From a virus, in IMG/VR virus record IMGVR_UViG_3300028837_001734, positions 26,161-90,160 of that record: a DNA stretch of 64,000 nucleotides; one strand, given 5' to 3'. The notes under the pieces were generated by a model. The model was given only the letters and a program-made list of their open reading frames with translations. It did no database searches and had not been told where the DNA came from. The first letter of the stretch is position 1. Each line of letters begins with the position of its first letter. A program made the position numbers and the translations under genes. Of this stretch, positions 25,523 through 34,697 are shown piece after piece.

Positions 25523-27308
25523 GCTCCCAAAAACTAATACAATATCTATCTTCCCTTAAACCGACAATAACAGGTTGTTTAATTAATCTCACTCTTAATT
25601 TAACCATACTCATAATATCATAATTAGATATTGCATATTGTGCACGAACTAAATCGTCAAAATTGTACAAATATGTCTTAAATCTAACAATATTTTTATG
25701 ATCCATCACTGATATACCATAATCAGCGCTATCCTTAGCATTCCATCTTATCAAACATCTAATACATTTTTGAACTGGTGTTTCTAAGAAACCTCTACCT
25801 TTACAATATGGACATTGACGTCCACGTGCAAACGGTCTAGGGCCACCAGGTCTATAGATATTTCTTGATCTACCACGTATCATATCAAATTGGCAATTTG
25901 TACAAGGACTCTTAGTTGGGGTAAACTCCAATAATACGCTTTTCCCAAGTTGATTGATTAACGCATCAATCCGCGACTGATATACATCTATAAGTTCATC
26001 AGTAATTTGTATAGCAGCTTCTGGGTCCAGCGTAGGACAAGCAAGAGCTGGAGGTGATAAAATACCATTAATAATTAAATTGAAATTATCATTACTAGTA
26101 TCGTATCCAATAGAATATAAATTGCCTGATGCTATATATGATTCATGTCCATTAATATATAATCCACCAGATTGGCTAAAGGCGACGACATCAACAAGAT
26201 AAAACATACGGCTAGTACCATAACCACTGTTATCATCATCAGCATAAGTTATGCAACCAACAGTATTCTCACATTCTATAAATCCTCTATGAGATATATC
26301 TATATTACCACTATCCAGTACATATCCAGATAAACCGACGATAGTAAATTCTGAATCAGAAATACTTCCCTGTGTTAATTTAAGTTGACCATTATCATTG
26401 TATACAATATTATAATTATCATCATCATAAGTTATAGCAGAAGCGCCATCAACCGCATTATTCTCGTATATCTGTGTATAATTGACGGTCTGTATATTGC
26501 CAAAACGTGTAAAATGAGTTACTTTACCTTTATAAGAATCAGTACTGTCAGACCATAAGAAAGCAAATTGACCAACCGTTTGAAGAGGTATCATATCTGT
26601 AAAATGAAAACCAATACCAATAAAAGAATTATTACCCTGTGGTATTATTGTGTCACCATTAATACTTAGTTGTCTAAGATAACTATGACTACCTCCTGCA
26701 TAATAATAAGCTATAAAACAACGATCTGGAGATGCCCCGGATTCAGATGCTATACAATTAAATTGAGCATCAGTTTTAATATTAGTAGTTTGGACAGCAG
26801 AAGAACTTGCAATAGTCGTACCAGTATAATTAATTACTATACCAGAAGTATAACTAACCTGCAAAAGCCTAGAGGATGCTAAAGATTCAATTACTGGATA
26901 TCCGCCATCATTAGTATACACTGGGGAGTAACTACCACTCCAAAGCATCTGAGTGTCACCAAGTGTTAAAGTATTATCAGACACAGAAATTAATCCAACA
27001 TATGGAACTGCATCATTTTCAGCACACCATGTAACTGCAAATTTATCTGTATCATATTCACATATATCTATAGTACCTTGGTTCTGTTGTATAACAGCAT
27101 TACCAGAAAAACTAGCAGCACTAATTAAAATGGGTGTTCCAAAATCTATATTAGTACCAAATCTAGTGCCAGCAACAGCATATAAAGGAGCATTTGCTTC
27201 ATCAGTCTGATATAAAACAGCAATTGTATTCTGATCTGGAGAACAAGATCTTTGCGTTATTATGTTACCACTAACAAAGACATGTCCTGAACCTAAGTTT
27301 ATTGCCAT
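25509..27308 (-). CDS. Virion protein: beta-repeat N-terminus fused to Cys-containing head-closure-like domain
   Basis: C-terminal ~175 aa 'CTNC...GGPRPF..GRQCPYCKG.G...GLREDRYC.SFWEL'. Confidence 0.6.
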   Translation of the reverse strand: MAINLGSGHVFVSGNIITQRSCSPDQNTIAVLYQTDEANAPLYAVAGTRFGTNIDFGTPILISAASFSGNAVIQQNQGTIDICEYDTDKFAVTWCAENDAVPYVGLISVSDNTLTLGDTQMLWSGSYSPVYTNDGGYPVIESLASSRLLQVSYTSGIVINYTGTTIASSSAVQTTNIKTDAQFNCIASESGASPDRCFIAYYYAGGSHSYLRQLSINGDTIIPQGNNSFIGIGFHFTDMIPLQTVGQFAFLWSDSTDSYKGKVTHFTRFGNIQTVNYTQIYENNAVDGASAITYDDDNYNIVYNDNGQLKLTQGSISDSEFTIVGLSGYVLDSGNIDISHRGFIECENTVGCITYADDDNSGYGTSRMFYLVDVVAFSQSGGLYINGHESYIASGNLYSIGYDTSNDNFNLIINGILSPPALACPTLDPEAAIQITDELIDVYQSRIDALINQLGKSVLLEFTPTKSPCTNCQFDMIRGRSRNIYRPGGPRPFARGRQCPYCKGRGFLETPVQKCIRCLIRWNAKDSADYGISVMDHKNIVRFKTYLYNFDDLVRAQYAISNYDIMSMVKLRVRLIKQPVIVGLREDRYCISFWELVDG

Positions 27309-27322
27309 AATTTATTCACCAC

Positions 27323-30300
27323 TTATATCAGTTCCCAGAAACTAACACAATACCTATCTTCTCTTAAACCCATAGGTACTGGGTTTCTAATCTTACGCAC
27401 CTCTAATTTAGTTAATCCCTCTATGTCACGATCAACTATTGCGCTATCAGCTCTCATGAGATCATCCATTTCTGTCAGATAAGTTTTTAACCGCACAATA
27501 GAATCAATTCTTTTAATTGATATTCCATAATTTTCAATCTCCCTTGGATGCCATTTTATTAAACATTTAATACATTTTTCAGATTGTGTTTCTATTATAC
27601 CGATACCTTTACAATAAGGACACTGTCTACCAAGTTTAAATGGCCGTGGTCCCCCTTGTTTATACACCCCAGTCGATCTTTTTCTACTGCCGTCCCAAGT
27701 ACAGTTAGGACATGGAGATCGCTGCGGCTGAAATCTTAAAATCACATTACGACTTAACTGATTAATTAAAGCATCCATATGAGATTGATAAACTGTAATG
27801 ATGCTATCTGAAATTTGGATAGACGCTGCTGGACTTAAAATAGGACAAGATATCCCAGTTTCCGGTATTTCAGCACCATTAATAACAAGAGTAATACTAT
27901 CTACCCGTACGTGCTGATTAATAGCTAATGGAGCACTACCAGACTCAAAAATATGACCATAGATAAATAAATCATCATCACCAGAAGCTGGAATATGTCC
28001 ATTAATAAATAAAGTAACGCTGTTACTATCTACTTCATATCCATTGATAAATAAATCAACATCACCAGATGTTACGATATGACCCTCAATGAATAAATCG
28101 TTATCGCCAGACGCAATAGTGTAGCCGCCAATATATAAATCTATCGATTGCGTATCAGTTCCAGCACCATATAAATATAAATCAATATCATCTGAAGTAG
28201 TAACGACACCGCCTATATAAAGATCAGCATCACCAGAAATCTGGAGATAACCACCAATATATAGATTTATTTGATTAGTAGCAACATCTAAGCCACCAAT
28301 AAATAAAGGTATTTCACCACTAATTGATTCATGACATAGAATAAATAGATCTGTATCACCGGAGATAGAAGTATGACCATATAGATAAAGAGGAACATCA
28401 CCAGAAATAGATTGATGACCAAAAATATAAAGATCCGTATCATCAGAAGTTTGAATATAACCACCGATATATAAATCTATACCTGATACTTGTGTGTCAA
28501 GACCATAAATGTATAAATCCACTTCATCGGTGCTAATATCCAAACCACCGATATAAAGATCAATCTCTCCTGATATCGAAGTTTTTCCACCAAGATATAA
28601 ATCTACGCCACTAGTCGAAGTATCCAATCCAGCAAGATATAAATCAACCTGCCAAGACTGTTGTGTCTTGCCTCCCACGTATAAATCAATATCACCAGAG
28701 GTCGGTAGATGACCCCATATAAATAAATCGGCATCATCATCTAATGTGTCATAACTACTAATATATAGATCTACATCTCCGGAAATAGATATATAACCAC
28801 CTATATATAGTGATGTTGTATCATCCGATAGTTCTTGGTGACCATGTATAAATATATCTGCCTGGCCAGAGATATTAGTATAACCACCAACATAAAGATT
28901 ACATTCTCCAGAAGTAGTACCTTCAAAAATATCGCTATATTGGCATAATGGTAACTCAAATACTGCGCCTAATAAATATAATTTTTCCAATTCTTGATTT
29001 GTAAAAGAACCACTGTTAGCCCATAGGGCTACTTCATCAAGATATTGTAATTCATCTGGATCCGCCCCTTCTGCCACCCAAAATGCAATCATAGCATATT
29101 CGCCGACAGAATCTGGTAGATCCGCTACTGTAGTGTCATATGACTCAGACCATCCACTACCATTTATACTTGCTCTTGTAAACCAAGTACCACTGGCCTC
29201 AATATATTCCGCTTCCAAAACCATAAAGGTTGGATGTTGTCCAGACGGATAATATATATTAGGTGCAGGACAGCTAACACCAGATATCTGTAACCTCGAA
29301 TGAATGTATGGAGAACTTGTTTCTATATCGTAAAATTTTGTACTCCACCCATTATCCGCTGTTATATCATTAGGAGCATCGCCATATCCTACGTAAACAA
29401 CAGGATCACCAGGACTATCAGCATAAGCATTATTGAACCAGAAACATATAGTAAATTTAGTACAATCTTCTAAGCTACCATATCCTGTTTTGCCAATCCT
29501 AGATCCTTGATTAGACGTAGAATGATAGCCACTGACAATCAGACCTGAAACCGTTTCAAAAGATGGAACTCCATCCAGAACATCACCATAATCCGTCCAT
29601 GGCGTATTTCTTTTAGTCTCCCATATATTATCTAACTTATGATAGAATCTTACGTTTTGAGGCTGTAACATCCCTGTCACACATGAATCTACTTGCATAT
29701 ATAAATCTATACTGGCACCGGAAGAACTACCTGCTTGCATAAATAAATCAATACCAGAAGATTCAACCAATGGTCCACAAATATAAAAATCAGTGTCATT
29801 AACCCACATGGTTCCTTCAGAACCAGTTATAACTAGATCACAACTACCACTTGCATCAAGTGGACCTACTTGCACAATAACTGTATACGCTTCCCAACCA
29901 CGACTATAAGCGACTGCAGCGCGTGAGGGATCGAGTAATTCTATGGCAGGATCATATATATTAGTAGAATCTATACTATCATATCTAAAGTAATCATTAA
30001 TTTCTACAGCACCAGTAGCGCCTGGGGTTACAGTAGCTATATCTAAAATTAAGTATTTAGTAGTACCAGAAGTATAAACAAATGGAAAATGTGTCTCATC
30101 TATACCAGAACTAGGTGCATTACCAAAACCACACCATGTCAAAGGACCAGTAACACCAGATTGCATATTGACGGTATTACTGCCAGAAGCAACAGTACAA
30201 TAATCAATATGAAGATCATTATCACCTTCATATGCAACGCAAAACCCGCTAGAATGTAAAGGGGTTGATGCCACCCAGTATGGGATATCACTAGCACTCA

Positions 30301-30988
30301 TTGCAGTAGCTGAACCATACGTATGATCATCATTTATGACAAATGACCTAGCATCGCCACCACCAATATTATAACCCTCAGAAAGAGTCATCTTCCCTTG
30401 ATTTTCATCAAGAGTCTCAAAGCATATATTATAATAAGCATACCCAGTAAGATTAAGAGTTCCACTCTCTGTGCAAGTTATAGTTGTATCACTTACATCA
30501 GCACCTATATGATATATTTTGTTCCTATTTCTCGCATATACAAGAGCAAAATGTGCCCTAGTACCACCAGAAAAAGCAGTAACTTGAACATTATATGCTG
30601 TTGTGCCCAATGAATTAAAAGGTAATTTATATGCCGTATTAACAGTACATTTATCATCTGAAACTGTAATTACTCTAGCAAAAGCATCACCAGCACCAAA
30701 ATGAGTACCAGCCTTATCAACACCAACTACTATAAAACTACTTGGAGTTAAGCGAGCAGCATCTAAACCACCTAATTCACCATCACACCAATGTTCTATC
30801 GTACCACCAGTTAATTGTTCACCATACCCAGTACACGTAACTATACGTGTATCACCGTATTTATACATGAAAGAATCAGCTTCCCAGACTATGGCATATT
30901 TATCTGGCGTAAGCTGTACTATCTCAAGTTCGTCTACGTCGACTCTAGCAGCAAATTTATATCTTTTAGTAGTGATTTGACCAGCCAT
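27323..30988 (-). CDS. Large modular virion protein: propeller + LamG-like + 14-aa repeats + head-closure-like domain
   Basis: 1221 aa; LamG-like 'VRFYHKLDN...FTICFW...LDEVALW'; 14-aa repeats; same C-terminal domain as 25509-27308. Confidence 0.65.
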   Translation of the reverse strand: MAGQITTKRYKFAARVDVDELEIVQLTPDKYAIVWEADSFMYKYGDTRIVTCTGYGEQLTGGTIEHWCDGELGGLDAARLTPSSFIVVGVDKAGTHFGAGDAFARVITVSDDKCTVNTAYKLPFNSLGTTAYNVQVTAFSGGTRAHFALVYARNRNKIYHIGADVSDTTITCTESGTLNLTGYAYYNICFETLDENQGKMTLSEGYNIGGGDARSFVINDDHTYGSATAMSASDIPYWVASTPLHSSGFCVAYEGDNDLHIDYCTVASGSNTVNMQSGVTGPLTWCGFGNAPSSGIDETHFPFVYTSGTTKYLILDIATVTPGATGAVEINDYFRYDSIDSTNIYDPAIELLDPSRAAVAYSRGWEAYTVIVQVGPLDASGSCDLVITGSEGTMWVNDTDFYICGPLVESSGIDLFMQAGSSSGASIDLYMQVDSCVTGMLQPQNVRFYHKLDNIWETKRNTPWTDYGDVLDGVPSFETVSGLIVSGYHSTSNQGSRIGKTGYGSLEDCTKFTICFWFNNAYADSPGDPVVYVGYGDAPNDITADNGWSTKFYDIETSSPYIHSRLQISGVSCPAPNIYYPSGQHPTFMVLEAEYIEASGTWFTRASINGSGWSESYDTTVADLPDSVGEYAMIAFWVAEGADPDELQYLDEVALWANSGSFTNQELEKLYLLGAVFELPLCQYSDIFEGTTSGECNLYVGGYTNISGQADIFIHGHQELSDDTTSLYIGGYISISGDVDLYISSYDTLDDDADLFIWGHLPTSGDIDLYVGGKTQQSWQVDLYLAGLDTSTSGVDLYLGGKTSISGEIDLYIGGLDISTDEVDLYIYGLDTQVSGIDLYIGGYIQTSDDTDLYIFGHQSISGDVPLYLYGHTSISGDTDLFILCHESISGEIPLFIGGLDVATNQINLYIGGYLQISGDADLYIGGVVTTSDDIDLYLYGAGTDTQSIDLYIGGYTIASGDNDLFIEGHIVTSGDVDLFINGYEVDSNSVTLFINGHIPASGDDDLFIYGHIFESGSAPLAINQHVRVDSITLVINGAEIPETGISCPILSPAASIQISDSIITVYQSHMDALINQLSRNVILRFQPQRSPCPNCTWDGSRKRSTGVYKQGGPRPFKLGRQCPYCKGIGIIETQSEKCIKCLIKWHPREIENYGISIKRIDSIVRLKTYLTEMDDLMRADSAIVDRDIEGLTKLEVRKIRNPVPMGLREDRYCVSFWELI
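27900..28925 (-). repeat. Coding tandem repeat, ~24 x 14 aa (42 nt), consensus SG(D/E)xDL(Y/F)IxG
   Basis: e.g. ISGDVDLYISSYDT, TSGDIDLYVGGKTQ, ISGEIDLYIGGLDI. Confidence 0.85.
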
Positions 30989-30991
30989 TAT

Positions 30992-31336
30992 TTACTCCTC
31001 ATAATCACCCCTAATATATAAATACATAAAATATCCATCAATAGCATAACCATAACCACCCTCTGAAGTGATCTCAATAGTTATATCTCCTGTCATGTTA
31101 GCATAGAAAGGTCGTTGACCATCAACGTGGAACCATTGAACACCACTAATCGGAAAATAAACAGTATGTATAACATCTCCTTTGGGTCTCCATGTAATAT
31201 AGTATCCATAATCATCCATAAAACGTACTGCCACTGAATCCGCTTCACACAATAATTCATAAGGTACCGTATATCCTTGTAATAATTTAATCTCAAAAAA
31301 CCTATCACTATTATTATCTCTTATTGAAATAATCAT
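30992..31336 (-). CDS. Hypothetical protein (paralog of 31457-31732)
   Basis: VP.ELL.E, GYY..W and VYFP...V.W...DG shared with paralog. Confidence 0.7.
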   Translation of the reverse strand: MIISIRDNNSDRFFEIKLLQGYTVPYELLCEADSVAVRFMDDYGYYITWRPKGDVIHTVYFPISGVQWFHVDGQRPFYANMTGDITIEITSEGGYGYAIDGYFMYLYIRGDYEE

Positions 31337-31357
31337 TTTAGACCCCTTCTATGCAAC

Positions 31358-31402
31358 AAAAAAGGCGACATGCATTAAAGTAAGATACTGCATAATCGCC
31401 TT
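31358..31402 (-). terminator. Probable terminator
   Basis: AAGGCGA..ATGCA...TGCAT.TCGCCTT followed by T-run. Confidence 0.55.
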
Positions 31403-31456
31403 AATATCCAGATAGACAAATCTCAATACAATATTTTTTTACAGCCACCTCCGATA

Positions 31457-31732
31457 TTAACCGCCTATACCACTGACAGTAACATTACCACTAACCTCAA
31501 AACTGGTACCAGGTATACCGTCAAAAGAATACCACATAACACTCTCACGAGGAAAATAGACAGATCTAGTTCCGTCCTCTTCTGTAGTCCATATTACATA
31601 ATATCCATCAAAACCATGTGGCTGAATCAATAAATGCATACATTCGCCTAGCAATTCATCTGGCACCTCAGCATCAGGCGCCATATGCACTTTCATATAA
31701 TAATCCTGTTCATTGTTAATTACAATTAACAC
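31457..31732 (-). CDS. Hypothetical protein (paralog of 30992-31336)
   Basis: GGAGGG RBS; shared motifs with paralog. Confidence 0.7.
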   Translation of the reverse strand: MLIVINNEQDYYMKVHMAPDAEVPDELLGECMHLLIQPHGFDGYYVIWTTEEDGTRSVYFPRESVMWYSFDGIPGTSFEVSGNVTVSGIGG

Positions 31733-31743
31733 AATACCCTCCG

Positions 31744-32208
31744 CTATGAGCGATCCCTCATGCCATTAACACCAATAGCAAACTGATCATAAAACCAACT
31801 AATAGTATCCAAACTAGAACCAGTAGGTGTTCTATATGGTCCTAGCACAGCACTACCAACACCGCCATCGACAGCACCAGTAGCTAACAATCGCCATTTT
31901 AACAATTCATAAGTTTTACATGGTCCTAACTCCAAAATATCCCTATATCCACGAAAACTTACACTCGTATCGATAGCACTGTCCCCATCCCTAACCTTTA
32001 TCCCTTGACCAAGAGCAGCTCTAAAATCACCCTGTGTTAGTATACAAGCAGCTTTTAATGGGACAAGAGCTTGAAATATAGGGTCTGACGAACCAGATAC
32101 GGGATCAGGTGATATAGTAAGAGCACTTATATCATATGTATATGTATATGCAAACGGTATTTCAGCATCCACAATTATACCTGCAGTGACAAGTACTCGC
32201 TGAATGAA
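31744..32208 (-). CDS. Head-tail adaptor-like protein, N-terminus apparently missing
   Basis: 'TISPDP...F..LV.LKAACI'; frame is open back to FIQRVLVTAGIIV at 32208, then TAA, with no proper start/RBS. Confidence 0.55.
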   Translation of the reverse strand, partial: FIQRVLVTAGIIVDAEIPFAYTYTYDISALTISPDPVSGSSDPIFQALVPLKAACILTQGDFRAALGQGIKVRDGDSAIDTSVSFRGYRDILELGPCKTYELLKWRLLATGAVDGGVGSAVLGPYRTPTGSSLDTISWFYDQFAIGVNGMRDRS

Positions 32209-34325
32209 TTAGCAGTAGACCATCCCCACCTTAAAGTATCACCTATTGCATAACATACATCGCTTGCCAAGGGTACTTCAACATTAACCCCATTAATAAT
32301 ATTCCAAACAGTAATAGTAGCACTAGTAGCAGCTATATCAAGTAGACCTATAATCTGTGGATCATAATCTTGTGTACGTAATAAGCGATCCATTGGATAA
32401 CCAGACATATCTTGATATTGAGAATGAGCAGGACCTTCAATATATAAATCAGCGCCAGACGTCCAAGGCAAGGGGCCAATAATCAATAAATCAATACCAG
32501 ATGAAGCAGTTAAATAATTATAATTCTGATATTGGTTCATTGGCTGAGTCTTACCATCAGCCAAATCTTCTAATATCGCAAGCTCTAAATCAGTGAATCT
32601 GGTATATGTACCACCCCACATGATCAGTTCATCAATCCATTCATCATTGGTGGTATCTGCCATATTCATAGATGGATCACTTTGACCACTAACGATAGGT
32701 TGACTACCCTGATTCTGAACGCCCTGATTAACCCATCCACTACCATCGACAGATGTCCTCAGATCCCAATTATCACTACCAGTATGTTCAAAGTCAAGTG
32801 CCAGAAAGTGATCATCTCCATCATTCATGGTAGCTATAACCCCTGATACACCTGCGTCTTGCCATATCGCAGTTCCGCTACCTAAAGTGATACTAGATGG
32901 AGTAAGATTGATTTCATAATCTCTTTCAACAGTAAAAATTGATTCACCTGTTGTTATATTTTTAGCCCACATGGCTACTGTTACATGTTCACTCCCAGAA
33001 GCATCTGGATAAACAGATTCATCTGATGCTGTCAAATTAAATCCAAAAGTTGGTGTACCACTAGCATAATATTGATCCCATATTGGTGCTGCCACTCGAC
33101 GATTAACTTGATGGGCAAAAACCATCGTTGGGCTAATCATCTTTGCACGCCCACCACCATAATAATCTGGATGGGCATAACGAACCAATTCGTTGCTAAG
33201 ACTAATAGACATATCATCAATAGTAGCAACACAATATTTGCTATAACTTAATGCTGCACCATTATCATAATGGTTATAATCTATAAATATACTAGAATCA
33301 TTTATTTTTGAACCATAAATACTATTAGTTGTCCAGTTAGGTGGAGGTGGAGAAACATTGGATCCTAAAGCAAACTGTACTAAAGCTCCTGAATTGAGAA
33401 CACTGCCACTAACTTCCCAAACTTGAGCATAGCCACCTTTATCAGCAGCACGATATAAAGCCATAAATTTATCGCCACTGACATGCACTAACTTACTGTG
33501 ATAAACAGAAGAGTTTGGATCTAGACTAGGAAGAGTCATATTGGTATCATATCCGCTAGATATAACAATCGAATTGCTACCATAATCTAGAGTCAAAAGA
33601 TACATTTTTTGATCACTAAATAGAGCAACAGCATGAGTATCATCTATGCCTTCAACAGCGTGACAATAATAATTACCTACTCCGCTGGTATTTGTAACAC
33701 CACTAGAAATAGTATCGTTCTCAATAGTCAAAATACATGCTTGTCCATACGCTCCCATAACGATATGCCCACTCGGTATATTACCAGACATATCGCTCAT
33801 AACACCAAACATAGCTTGTGTATAAATAGGACCATTACCAGCATTACAAGCATGATTATCAACAACTGTCAAAGTCTGACCTGAAACATTAACTATCTTT
33901 ATAGTCTCTTTGCCAGCAGAACTCCATGCAGCAGTAAAAACATGCCCAGTTTCAGCAACATCATCCCATGTCAATGGGAATATTAAGTTATGATTCTGAG
34001 TACCAATAATTGGTCCAAGATCACTCCAGTTAACAGTAGAACCGCTAATATCACCAACGCGACCATAATAAGTACTAGCAACTATTTTCGTAGGTGTTAC
34101 CGCGCACCAATCTTCGGTATAACAACCTGTCTGATTAAAGCCACTTTGTGGAGTACCAAATTCATAAGCTGCAACTGCCGCAGCAGAAGTACCTGCTAAA
34201 TTTAATTTACCAACAACAAATGCAGATGATCCATTCCATGTCTGAGATTGTGTATCTTCCGTATAATCATCAAGTGCATGATAGAATACTACATTATCGT
34301 TGCGAATACAACCAGAAGCAGCCAT
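32175..34325 (-). CDS. Modular virion protein: LamG-like domain with nested propeller; C-terminal domain probably truncated
   Basis: 'VVFYHALDD' ... 'TVAMWAK' ... 'IDELIMW'; C-terminal 'PQIIG...TITVWN...CYAIGDT..WGWST'. Confidence 0.65.
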   Translation of the reverse strand: MAASGCIRNDNVVFYHALDDYTEDTQSQTWNGSSAFVVGKLNLAGTSAAAVAAYEFGTPQSGFNQTGCYTEDWCAVTPTKIVASTYYGRVGDISGSTVNWSDLGPIIGTQNHNLIFPLTWDDVAETGHVFTAAWSSAGKETIKIVNVSGQTLTVVDNHACNAGNGPIYTQAMFGVMSDMSGNIPSGHIVMGAYGQACILTIENDTISSGVTNTSGVGNYYCHAVEGIDDTHAVALFSDQKMYLLTLDYGSNSIVISSGYDTNMTLPSLDPNSSVYHSKLVHVSGDKFMALYRAADKGGYAQVWEVSGSVLNSGALVQFALGSNVSPPPPNWTTNSIYGSKINDSSIFIDYNHYDNGAALSYSKYCVATIDDMSISLSNELVRYAHPDYYGGGRAKMISPTMVFAHQVNRRVAAPIWDQYYASGTPTFGFNLTASDESVYPDASGSEHVTVAMWAKNITTGESIFTVERDYEINLTPSSITLGSGTAIWQDAGVSGVIATMNDGDDHFLALDFEHTGSDNWDLRTSVDGSGWVNQGVQNQGSQPIVSGQSDPSMNMADTTNDEWIDELIMWGGTYTRFTDLELAILEDLADGKTQPMNQYQNYNYLTASSGIDLLIIGPLPWTSGADLYIEGPAHSQYQDMSGYPMDRLLRTQDYDPQIIGLLDIAATSATITVWNIINGVNVEVPLASDVCYAIGDTLRWGWSTANSFSEYLSLQV

Positions 34326-34342
34326 ATCTTACTCCTAACCTA

Positions 34343-34684
34343 TTACACCAAGTATGAAGATTGATTATTAAGAGATGGCATCCCGCCATCGATACTTCCC
34401 TTGGCAACTAATACAAAATCACCATCATCATTGTTAGTTCCATCAGACATTCGCCAATGAAATTGTTCTCTGCTAGCTGACAATATAGGAATACCACTTG
34501 TCGACCAAGTATATCTACCAGTAGAATCTATCTCTGTACATCCACTAGCAGTCAGAGAAACGGCAACACCATCCTGCCATAATTGAATATTGACAGTCTG
34601 TCCACTAGGTAAAACTCCAACAATAGCTGGTGGAGATTCTGGACTAAAATCTAATTCTACTATGGATTGACTCAATAAACTCAT
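34343..34684 (-). CDS. Stand-alone copy of shared ~100-aa virion domain
   Basis: 'PAIVG...VNIQLW...CTEIDSTGRYTWST...QFHWRM'. Confidence 0.65.
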   Translation of the reverse strand: MSLLSQSIVELDFSPESPPAIVGVLPSGQTVNIQLWQDGVAVSLTASGCTEIDSTGRYTWSTSGIPILSASREQFHWRMSDGTNNDDGDFVLVAKGSIDGGMPSLNNQSSYLV

Positions 34685-34697
34685 AACTTTGCCTCCA

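Noticed and set aside
25509-28000. Diversity-generating retroelement suggested by duplicated C-termini
   Set aside because: No reverse transcriptase in the window; both copies are coding and diverge generally rather than only at adenines.
27900-28925. 42-nt periodicity as a possible CRISPR array
   Set aside because: Degenerate, in-frame, amino-acid-level repeat with no constant repeat/unique spacer pattern.
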